Positions 1 through 7,504 of a stretch of DNA of 13,323 bases are shown piece after piece. Below the pieces are notes generated by a model, which worked only from the letters and a program-made list of their open reading frames with translations, did not search any database and had not been told where the DNA came from. The translations under genes were made by a program, and so were the position numbers. Numbering within the stretch: position 1 is the first letter of the stretch; every line of letters begins with the position of its first letter. This DNA comes from Gemmatimonadota bacterium. GTDB taxonomy: Bacteria; Gemmatimonadota; Gemmatimonadetes; Gemmatimonadales; GWC2-71-9. Location: the NCBI GenBank assembly GCA_039588295.1, contig JBDHAB010000064.1:1-13323 (forward strand). Direction: 5' to 3'.

Positions 1-988
1 CACACCGACGGCGACGTGGGCCTCTACATGACGCCCATCCACATCGACCCGGAGAAGCCGGCCATGCCCATCACCCACCCTTCGGTGTTCTCCATCTATC
101 TGGCCAAGCTGATGGGCGCCTACGGCACGCTGGGACTGGCCGAGGACACGTGGGCGATGAACGAGCGCGTCATCGAGGAGCGGGCGTGGCTGGACCAGGC
201 GTGGGACTTCCACGCCGAGCGCGAGCGCATGTGGTTCCACACACTGGATCGCCTGCGCGACGGCATGGCGACGATCGTCTTCGACGTGAGCGACCGCCTC
301 CAGCACATGTTCTTCCGCTACCTGGACCCCGAGCATCCCGCCAACCGCGGCAAGGACACCGAGGCATACGGCCCTCTTTGTCTTGTCCGACCACGGGTTC
401 AAGTTTTTCCGCCGGGGCGTGAATCTGAACACGTGGCTGGTGCAGAACGGCTTCATGACGCTCAAGGAAGGCGCGGAGCCCGGCGAGTACCTGCAGTCGG
501 TCGACTGGTCGCGCACGGAGGCCTATTCCATCGGGCTGGGCGGGGTATACATCAATATCAAGGGGCGCGAGCGCCACGGCATCGTGGAGCCGGAGCGCGT
601 GGACGAGGTGAAGCGCCGCGTCAGCGAAGGCCTCACGGGCCTTTGCGACACCAACGGCGCGGTCGCCGTGCGCCGTATGATCGACGTGCAGCGCACCTTC
701 GACGGGCCCTACCGCGGCGACGGGCCCGAGCTCATCCCCGGCTTTTCCGACGGCTACCGCGTCTCCTGGGACTGCGCCAAGGGAACGGTGGCGGCCGATC
801 TCTTCGAGGACAACGTGAAGAGCTGGAGCGGCGACCACTGCGTGGACCCCGAGATCGTGCCCGGGATCCTCTTCTCGAACCGCGCCGTGCGCGACGAGAA
901 TCCGCGCCTGATGGACATGGGACCGACGGTGCTCGACCTCTTCGGCGTGGAGACGCCGCCCTACATGACCGGGAGGAGCATCCTGTGA
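1..988 (+). pseudogene. AlkP-superfamily (type I phosphodiesterase/nucleotide pyrophosphatase-like) protein, 5'-partial, frameshifted by an apparent deletion near 368
   Basis: Frame 1 (1-369) reads LYMTPIHIDP...LAEDTWA...SDRLQHMFFRYLDPEHPA. Frame 2 (368-988) reads TALFVLSDHGF...VDWSRTEAY...WSGDHC...MTGRSIL*. Both halves align by eye with the downstream paralog, and about 24 residues between them are missing. This could be a real lesion or an assembly error. Confidence 0.8.
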
Positions 989-2934
989 GGGGACTCGTTC
1001 TGGCGCTCTCGATAGTGACGGCGCTGGCGCCGGCGGCGGGCACGCTGGCGCAGCCGGAGGTGCCCCCGGTGATCGTCATCGGCATCGACGGCATGGATCC
1101 GCTCCTGCTCGACGGCTACGTCGCGCGCGGCCTAATGCCGAACTTCGCGCGCCTCATGGCGGAGGGCAGCTACGCCCCGCTGGGAACGAGCGTGCCGCCG
1201 CAGAGCCCGGTGGCGTGGTCGAACTTCATCACGGGCATGGACCCCGGCGGGCACGGCATCTTCGATTTCATCCACCGCGACCCGGCGAACTACATGCCCA
1301 CGTTCTCGGCCGCGCTCGTCACCGAGCCGGACAAGACGCTCTCCATCGGCGACTGGGTGATTCCCCTGTCTGCGGGGGGGACGCACCTCCTGCGCAAGGG
1401 CGAGGCGTTCTGGCAGATTCTCGAGCGGCGCGACGTGCCCTACACGATCTTTCGCGTGCCCGCCAACTTCCCGCCGGCGCCGAGCCGCGGACACACGATC
1501 TCGGGCATGGGCACGCCCGACCTGCTCGGCACCTACGGCACCTTCTCGTTCTACACCGACGACGACCTCTATAGAGGCATCGACGTCTCCGGCGGCGAGG
1601 TCTATCCAGTGGAAGTCCGCGACGGACGCGTGGCGGCCACACTCGTCGGCCCGGAGAACTCGCTGCGCCGCGGGCGTCCCAACCTGGAGCGGCCCTTCAC
1701 CGTGGACATCGACGCCGAGAACCAGACGGCACTCTTTACCGTGGGCGACGAGCGCTTCGTGCTCGAGGTCGGCGAGTGGAGCGAGTGGAACCCGGTGCAC
1801 TTCGACCTGGTGGGACCGCTCAAGGGCCTGAGCGGCATCGCGCGCTTCCACCTGCAGAGTGTCACGCCCCGCTTCGAGCTCTACGTGACACCCATCAACA
1901 TCGACCCGGCCGACCCGGCGCTGCCCATCTCCACGCCGGAGAGCTACTCGCGCGAGATCTACGAGCGCATCGGCCGCTTCTACACGCAGGGGATGCCCGA
2001 AGACACCAAGGCGCTCGAGTACGGCATGCTCGACGACGCGGAGTTCGTCGCGCAGACCGACATCGTGCTCGAGGAGCGCTGGCGCATGCTCGGCAAGGTA
2101 CTCGATGACTACGCGGGCGGCTTCCTCTTCTTCTACGTCTCCACCGTCGACCAGAGCTGCCACGCGCTGTGGCGAAACGACGACGCCGAGCACCCCGCGC
2201 ACACGCCCGAGCTCTCCTTCGAGGAGCGCTTCGAGTTCCTCTACGCGCAAATGGACAGCCTGCTCGGCGCGGTGCGCGCCCGCGCGCCCGCCGACGCCAC
2301 CATCATCGTGATGTCGGACCACGGCTTCGCGCCCTACTACTACCGCGTGCACCTCAACACCTGGCTCTACGAGAACGGATACCTGAGCCTGCTGCGTCCC
2401 GATGAAATGGGACAACACCCGCTCTTCGGCAACGTCTTCTGGCGCAGGACCCAGGCCTACGCGCTCGGCATCAACGGGCTCTACGTCAACATGCTCGGGC
2501 GCGAGGGCAAGGGGATCGTGCGGCGCGGCGAGCAGAGCAACACGCTCCTCGACGAAATCAGCGCCAAGCTCCTGGCCTGGCGCCACGAGGAGACCGGCGA
2601 GCGCGTGGTGACGCGCGTGTACCGGCGCGAAGAGATCTACCACGGCGAGGCGGCGGCCGACGGGCCTGACCTCGTGATCGGCTACAACCGCGGCTACCGC
2701 GGGAGCGACGAGTCCGCCCTGGGGACCGTCCACCCGGAGCTGCTCTCGCCCAACCTGGGCAAGTGGACCGGCGACCACTGCATGGACCACACCCTCGTGC
2801 CCGGCGTGCTCCTCGTCAACCGCGAGCTCTCCGTGGCCGACCCCGACCTGCGCGACCTGCCCGTGAGCATTCTCTCGATCTACGGCGTGGACGTGCCGCC
2901 GCAGATGACCGGGCGGGTTTTGTTCACCCAGTAG
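985..2934 (+). CDS. Secreted AlkP-superfamily phosphodiesterase/nucleotide pyrophosphatase-family protein (649 aa)
   Basis: GTG at 985 overlaps the upstream TGA (GTGA), with SD GGAGGAG at 972-978. Signal peptide VRGLVLALSIVTALAPAAGTLA/Q. Motifs GIDG, PPQSPVAWSNFITG (Ser at the nucleophile position), DQSCH, MSDHGF and WTGDH. Confidence 0.9.
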   Translation: MRGLVLALSIVTALAPAAGTLAQPEVPPVIVIGIDGMDPLLLDGYVARGLMPNFARLMAEGSYAPLGTSVPPQSPVAWSNFITGMDPGGHGIFDFIHRDPANYMPTFSAALVTEPDKTLSIGDWVIPLSAGGTHLLRKGEAFWQILERRDVPYTIFRVPANFPPAPSRGHTISGMGTPDLLGTYGTFSFYTDDDLYRGIDVSGGEVYPVEVRDGRVAATLVGPENSLRRGRPNLERPFTVDIDAENQTALFTVGDERFVLEVGEWSEWNPVHFDLVGPLKGLSGIARFHLQSVTPRFELYVTPINIDPADPALPISTPESYSREIYERIGRFYTQGMPEDTKALEYGMLDDAEFVAQTDIVLEERWRMLGKVLDDYAGGFLFFYVSTVDQSCHALWRNDDAEHPAHTPELSFEERFEFLYAQMDSLLGAVRARAPADATIIVMSDHGFAPYYYRVHLNTWLYENGYLSLLRPDEMGQHPLFGNVFWRRTQAYALGINGLYVNMLGREGKGIVRRGEQSNTLLDEISAKLLAWRHEETGERVVTRVYRREEIYHGEAAADGPDLVIGYNRGYRGSDESALGTVHPELLSPNLGKWTGDHCMDHTLVPGVLLVNRELSVADPDLRDLPVSILSIYGVDVPPQMTGRVLFTQ

Positions 2935-2957
2935 GCACGTCCGAGGAGGAAATCGCG

Positions 2958-3152
2958 ATGTTCGGTGGAAACAAGATCAAGATCGACGACGCGCTCATGG
3001 AGCGCCTGAAGCGCGCGGCCGAGCTGGCCGGCTACCCCTCCGTCGAAGAGTTCGTGATCCACGTGCTCGAGCGCGAGCTCGAGAAGATCGACGACACGGG
3101 CAGCGAAGAGGAGATCAAGAAGCGCCTGGAAGGTCTCGGCTACATCTCGTAG
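2958..3152 (+). CDS. 64-aa small protein: ribbon-helix-helix-like N-terminus with C-terminal EEIKKRLEGLGYIS motif
   Basis: Strong SD GAGGAGG at 2943-2949 before ATG 2958. Pattern KIKIDDALMERLKRAAELAGYPSVEEFVIHVLERE fits strand-helix-G-helix. Spacing to neighbours is 23 nt and 5 nt. Confidence 0.85.
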   Translation: MFGGNKIKIDDALMERLKRAAELAGYPSVEEFVIHVLERELEKIDDTGSEEEIKKRLEGLGYIS

Positions 3153-3157
3153 GCGCC

Positions 3158-3985
3158 ATGATCCACGGTTTTTCGCGCATCCTGACGGCCGTCTTCGACG
3201 GGCTCGTCCTTCCCTTCGGCGACCACCGCGGCCTCGCCCTGGCCGCGCTGTCGCTCTTGACCGGCGTGGCCATGATCTTCCTCTTCAAGGCCACATCCGA
3301 CCAGGAGCGCATCCGCCGCGTGCGCGCCCGCTTCAGCGCGCGCATCCTGGAGATGCGCATCTACCCCGACGACATCTGGCTCATCCTGCGCGCGCTCGGC
3401 GGCGCACTGTGGGAGAACGTCGCCTACCTGCGCGCCAGCGCCAAGCCCATCGTCGTGCTGATTCTCCTTATCGTGCCCGTCTTCATCCAGCTCGACGAGC
3501 GCTACGGCCGCGCCGCGCTCGCGCCCGGCGCGAACACGCTCGTCACCGTCACCCTCAAGGACGGGCTCGACCCTATGAACACACCCGTCTCACTGGCGCC
3601 CGCCGGCAACGGCATCGCCGTCGATTCCCGCCCCGTGCGCGTGCGCGACCGCCGCGAGATCGCCTGGCGCCTGCGCGTGGCCGAGGCCGGCGTCCATCCG
3701 CTGCGCGTGGAAGCCATCGACAAGTCCTACGAACTGCCCATCTTCGCCCAGGCCAGCAACCGCGGCATCGGCCACACCCGCCGCGCGCGCTCGCGCACCG
3801 ACGCGCTCATCCACCCCACGCTGCCCGCGATCCCCCCCGACTCGCCCTTTGCGGGCGTGAACGTGCGCTACGCGTCCACCAGCTATTCCCTCTTCGGCTG
3901 GCACACCCACTGGCTCGTCGTGTTCGTCTTCTGGTCCCTCGTGGGCGCGGCCATCCCCAAGTTCGTCTTCCGCATCCAGGTCTAG
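3158..3985 (+). CDS. Membrane protein, three predicted TM segments, DUF106/EMC3/TMCO1 (Oxa1-superfamily)-like, with an inserted beta-rich soluble domain
   Basis: TM1 (ALAALSLLTGVAMIFLF), basic helix (SDQERIRRVRARFSARILEMR), TM2 (ASAKPIVVLILLIVPVFIQL), about 130 aa soluble region, C-terminal TM (HWLVVFVFWSLVGAAIPKFVF). The CDS is solid; the family assignment is pattern recognition only. Confidence 0.8.
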   Translation: MIHGFSRILTAVFDGLVLPFGDHRGLALAALSLLTGVAMIFLFKATSDQERIRRVRARFSARILEMRIYPDDIWLILRALGGALWENVAYLRASAKPIVVLILLIVPVFIQLDERYGRAALAPGANTLVTVTLKDGLDPMNTPVSLAPAGNGIAVDSRPVRVRDRREIAWRLRVAEAGVHPLRVEAIDKSYELPIFAQASNRGIGHTRRARSRTDALIHPTLPAIPPDSPFAGVNVRYASTSYSLFGWHTHWLVVFVFWSLVGAAIPKFVFRIQV

Positions 3986-5400
3986 CGCGCGACCGGGGCG
4001 CGCTCGCCCGAGCGGCCCATCTTGCCCCTGGCCAGCGACGCGAACACCCCGCCCAGACACATCACCGCGCACACCGCGAAGGACCACTTCATGCTCGCGA
4101 TGAAGGCGCCCAGGTTCGCCGGCGCAATCGCCTCCTGACCCAGGTTGAGGGCCAGGATCATCATGACGATGCCCATGGAGAGTGTCATGCCGAGCTGCCG
4201 CATCGTGCCCACCATGGCGCTGGCCACGCCGTACATGCGGTGGTCCACCGAGCTCATGATCGCGTTCGTGTTGGGGGACGAGAAGAGCGCGAAGCCCACG
4301 CCGACGCACGCCAGGCACGCCACGATGGTGCCGATTCCCGTCTGCGGGCCGATCAGCACGAGTAGAACCAGTCCCACGAGCGTCACCCCCATCCCCACCG
4401 AGGCGACCGTGCGCGGCTCGACGCGGTCGGAGAGCCGCCCGGCCGCCGGCGACAGGACCGCCTGCACGACGGGCTGGCTGATGAGAACCAGTCCCGCGTC
4501 CTGCGGCGAGAGCGCGCGGACCGATTGCAGGTAGAGGCTCAGGAGAAAGCCGACCGCGAATGTAGCCGCGTAGTGAATCAGTGCGGCCAGATTCGAGAAG
4601 GCAAACACCGTGTTGGTGCGGAAGAGCCCCATCTCGATGAGCGGATCGTCGGTCTTGGTCTCGTACCACACGAAGGCGAACATGCCCACCGCGCCCGCGA
4701 GCATGACGTAGATGGCGAGGCGGCTTGGAAGCTGCGAGAAGCCGTACATGAGGGACAGGAGCGAGAGCCCCAGGATCGCGGAGCCCGCCGCGTCGAAGCG
4801 CACGCGCTCGCCCGAGGACCACTCGCCCTTCAGCATGAAGAAGATGATGGCCAGGAGGAGCAGCCCCGTGGGCAGGTTCATCCAGAAGATGAACCGCCAC
4901 CCCAGGTGTTCCGTGATCAGCCCCCCCACGAAGGGGCCCGTGGAGAGTCCCAGGTAGACCGCCGCGACGTTGATCCCCAAAACCCGGCCCCGCTCCCCCA
5001 CCGGGAAGACCGAAATCAGGATAGCCATGCCCGTCGCGAAGATCATCGACGCGCCCAGCCCCTGCAGCACCCGGCCCACGATGACCGCCGCGCCCGTGGT
5101 CGACACGGCGATGCCCACCGACGCGGCCGTGAAGAGCACCACGCCCCCCATGTAGATGCGCTTGCGCCCGTAGATGTCCCCCAGACGGCCGAAGGGGATG
5201 GTGAGGGTGGCCGCCGAGAGCAGGAAGGCCATGTTGACCCAGCCCAGCAGGACCGCGCTCAGGCCCAAGTCGCGGCCCATCGAGGGTAGGGCCACGTTCA
5301 CCGACGAGCCCATGAACGGGCCCAGGAACGACGCCAGCGTCGCCACCAAGAGGGCCGCGCGCTGCGTCGTGCGGTCGAACGCGCCCGGGGGATCGCTCAG
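3982..5400 (-). CDS. MFS transporter, DHA2-like (14-TMS) efflux family
   Basis: Motif A GRLGDIYGRK, plus GRVLQGLG, GPFVGGLITEHLGWRFIF and GRLSDR. The frame is open up to CTG at 5400 with SD GGAGG 7 nt upstream. The ORF track start (TTG 5349) lies inside TM1. Confidence 0.92.
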   Translation of the reverse strand: MSDPPGAFDRTTQRAALLVATLASFLGPFMGSSVNVALPSMGRDLGLSAVLLGWVNMAFLLSAATLTIPFGRLGDIYGRKRIYMGGVVLFTAASVGIAVSTTGAAVIVGRVLQGLGASMIFATGMAILISVFPVGERGRVLGINVAAVYLGLSTGPFVGGLITEHLGWRFIFWMNLPTGLLLLAIIFFMLKGEWSSGERVRFDAAGSAILGLSLLSLMYGFSQLPSRLAIYVMLAGAVGMFAFVWYETKTDDPLIEMGLFRTNTVFAFSNLAALIHYAATFAVGFLLSLYLQSVRALSPQDAGLVLISQPVVQAVLSPAAGRLSDRVEPRTVASVGMGVTLVGLVLLVLIGPQTGIGTIVACLACVGVGFALFSSPNTNAIMSSVDHRMYGVASAMVGTMRQLGMTLSMGIVMMILALNLGQEAIAPANLGAFIASMKWSFAVCAVMCLGGVFASLARGKMGRSGERAPVAR

Positions 5401-7253
5401 GGTAAGACCTCCACCTCCAGAAGCCCGCGGAGCGCGTTACCCACGTGGACGCGCGACGCGCGCGCCAGTTCGTCCTTGGAAATCACACGCTCCCGACACT
5501 TGCCCGCACGCAAGAGTCGCGCCCGGAGCGTGCCCGGCAGAAGGCCGCAGGAGACCGGCGGCGTGAACAACGTGCCGTCGATCTCCACGAAGACGTTCGA
5601 CCGCGCGCCTTCCGTCACTTCATCCCGCTCGTTCAGAAAGACCGCGTCCCAGCACCCCCGCCCCTGTGCCTCCGCGAGCGCGGCGTCATATACCCATCGT
5701 GGCGACGTCTTGTGCAGACGCAGCGCCTCGCGTGAGTCCGCGATCGCATCCGCGAGCATCACCCGTACCGGCGAGGATGTCACCGCCTCCAGCGGCGTAT
5801 CTTCAAGTGCCACTGTGCCGTCCGCCCGCAACGTGAGGCGCAGCTTGAACGTGCCGGACCCCAGCCGCCGCGCCGACCCGCGGCACGCCGCGCGCACTTT
5901 CGAGACCCGGCACCCGAAACCCAACTCAGCCGCCGAGCGCGAGAGCCGCGAAAGATGATCCCCCAGGTGCCGCACCCGCCCGTTCTCCACCCGCATCGTC
6001 TCTACTAGCCGCAACTCAGGAGCCGCACCCGAAAGAAACGCCGCCTTCAAGCGACACTCCTCGTACTCCGCCGCCGCGTCCGAATCGATCACCACACCGC
6101 TTCCCACCCCCATCTCGCCCCGTCCCTGCCTATCCACCACGATCGTGCGAATGCCGACGCTAAAGCGCGCGCGGCCATTCGGCGCAATGTACCCGATCGC
6201 GCCCGTATACACCCCGCGCGGAGACTTCTCGAGTTCAGCAATGAGTCGCATCGTGGACACCTTCGGCGCGCCCGTCACTGACGCGCACGGGAACGTTGCG
6301 CGCAGCAGATCCAGCCACGACACTCCGGGCCGCAGGCGCGCCCGCACCGTAGACGTCATCTGGTGGACCGTCTCGTAACGCTCGACCTTGAGCAGATCCT
6401 CCACCGTGACCGACCCCGTCTCCGCCACACGCCCCAGGTCGTTCCGTACCATGTCCACGATCATCACGTTTTCCGCGCGGTTCTTCTCGTCCGCGCCCAA
6501 CCACCGCGCCCGCTCCGCATCCGCCCGCCGCGACCCACCCCGCGCCGCCGTTCCCTTCATCGGCCGCATCCACACCCGCCGCCCCTCCCTTGCCAGAAAC
6601 AGCTCCGGCGACAGTGACACCATCGTCCGCTCCCCGTCGTACAGACAGGCCCCATACGACACTCGCTGCCGCTCCCGCAGCCCCAAATACAGCGCCTCCG
6701 CCTTCCCCTCCAGCCCAAACCCATACCGCATCGTGAAGTTGACCTGGTACGTGTCCCCCGCCCGAATCGCCTCGTGAATCCGCGCCACCGCAGCGCCGTA
6801 CTCCTCCTCGGACGTGTCCAGCACCAGATCCCGCACCCCCAACGGCGCCGCCTCCACACCTTCCAGCGGACCATCCACCCGTTGCGGCGCCTCGAACACC
6901 CCCATCCACGCCAGCATCGTCCCGTGCCGAACCCTCACCGCCAGGTCTGCAAGACCTGGCTCCAGCAAGAAGCCCAGCTCGTAGCTCAGGTATCCCGCCA
7001 GCCACCGCCCCGCACCCAGGTGCGCCTCTACTTCATCGAAGAACCGCCCCACGTCTTCGCCTGTCCGCAGCGCCAAACACGCCACCGGCTCCTCGAACAA
7101 CATCGTCCGCCGATCGCTCCGCCCCTTCCGCGTGCTCTCCAGCAACACATACGGCGCACGCGCACGCGTCCCCACCGCGCGCTCCCCAAGCACACGCCCT
7201 AGCTCGGCAGCGGTGCCCTCCGCCGAACCCGTCAATGTCGCTGTCGATGACAT
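5397..7253 (-). CDS. pabB: Aminodeoxychorismate synthase component I fused to a class IV PLP (ADC lyase/PabC-like) domain
   Basis: GDTYQVNFT, SPELF, PMKGT (Lys typical of PabB rather than TrpE PIAGT), KNRAENVMIVDMVRNDLGR, SVTGAPK, RGVYTGAIG. C-terminal domain has HLSRL, HKT, EGARSNVF, GLLPGTLR, GNALRG. Exact start uncertain because no SD is visible. Confidence 0.93.
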   Translation of the reverse strand: MSSTATLTGSAEGTAAELGRVLGERAVGTRARAPYVLLESTRKGRSDRRTMLFEEPVACLALRTGEDVGRFFDEVEAHLGAGRWLAGYLSYELGFLLEPGLADLAVRVRHGTMLAWMGVFEAPQRVDGPLEGVEAAPLGVRDLVLDTSEEEYGAAVARIHEAIRAGDTYQVNFTMRYGFGLEGKAEALYLGLRERQRVSYGACLYDGERTMVSLSPELFLAREGRRVWMRPMKGTAARGGSRRADAERARWLGADEKNRAENVMIVDMVRNDLGRVAETGSVTVEDLLKVERYETVHQMTSTVRARLRPGVSWLDLLRATFPCASVTGAPKVSTMRLIAELEKSPRGVYTGAIGYIAPNGRARFSVGIRTIVVDRQGRGEMGVGSGVVIDSDAAAEYEECRLKAAFLSGAAPELRLVETMRVENGRVRHLGDHLSRLSRSAAELGFGCRVSKVRAACRGSARRLGSGTFKLRLTLRADGTVALEDTPLEAVTSSPVRVMLADAIADSREALRLHKTSPRWVYDAALAEAQGRGCWDAVFLNERDEVTEGARSNVFVEIDGTLFTPPVSCGLLPGTLRARLLRAGKCRERVISKDELARASRVHVGNALRGLLEVEVLP

Positions 7254-7284
7254 GGAACGATGACTACGTCGTCAGGCAAGTCGT

Positions 7285-7374
7285 TGGTGCCGGAGGCTGG
7301 ACTCGAACCAGCACGGGACTAAAACGCCCCAGCGGATTTTAAGTCCGCTGCGTCTACCATTCCGCCACTCCGGC
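7285..7374 (-). tRNA. tRNA-Leu (anticodon TAA), CCA encoded
   Basis: Reverse complement GCCGGAGTGGCGGAATGGTAGACGCAGCGGACTTAAAATCCGCTGGGGCGTTTTAGTCCCGTGCTGGTTCGAGTCCAGCCTCCGGCACCA. Acceptor stem GCCGGAG/CTCCGGC, anticodon stem GCGGA/TCCGC around CTTAAAA, long variable arm, T-loop TTCGAGT. Confidence 0.97.
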
Positions 7375-7399
7375 AATATTATTTGGCCTACTCCATAAC

Positions 7400-7405
7400 A
7401 GTATA
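7400..7405 (-). promoter_or_regulatory. Putative sigma70 -10 box (TATACT) for tRNA-Leu
   Basis: TATACT on the - strand in an AT-rich patch 25 nt upstream of the tRNA 5' end. No convincing -35. Confidence 0.45.
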
Positions 7406-7504
7406 TTGAAACGCTTCCGCTTTGCCCAGGAATCGAACGGGAGTCGGGTGCCTAGTGAGTTCGACCCTCAGCTCAAGTGACTTTCGAAGCCCTCGAGGGC
7501 CAAC

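Noticed and set aside
355..390. Programmed ribosomal frameshift in AlkP-1
   Set aside because: No slippery heptamer at the junction, and a conserved helix is missing, which a frameshift alone would not restore.
1132..2790. 552-aa - strand ORF and other long antisense or alternate-frame ORFs (170-838, 3409-4365, 3590-4900, 4525-5289, 6235-7005, 7517-8083, 8586-9179)
   Set aside because: Shadows of well-supported genes in GC-rich DNA, with no recognisable motifs.
16..2934. Single 972-aa ORF in the ORF track
   Set aside because: It is a chimera. Residues encoded by about 370-984 are off-frame Arg/Gly/Ala-rich sequence. The true coding frame there is 368-988, and a separate gene with its own SD and signal peptide starts at 985.
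2763..2957. N-terminal extension giving a 129-aa version of the small protein
   Set aside because: It overlaps AlkP-2 out of frame with low-complexity sequence, and the strong SD points to ATG 2958.
7257..7284. tRNA 3'-end attachment site or terminator
   Set aside because: Only a weak hairpin (TGAC...GTCA). No duplicate of the tRNA 3' end was seen in the window, and the adjacent gene is a housekeeping gene, not an integrase.
7424..7471. T-loop-like motifs (GTTCGATTCCT on -, TGAGTTCGACCCTCA on +) suggesting a second tRNA or tRNA remnant
   Set aside because: No acceptor, D or anticodon stems could be built around either motif, and neither matches the tRNA-Leu T-arm.
7489..7500. 12-bp palindrome GCCCTCGAGGGC just after the QC stop
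   Set aside because: Short GC-rich palindrome with no U-tract. Not enough to call a terminator or operator.
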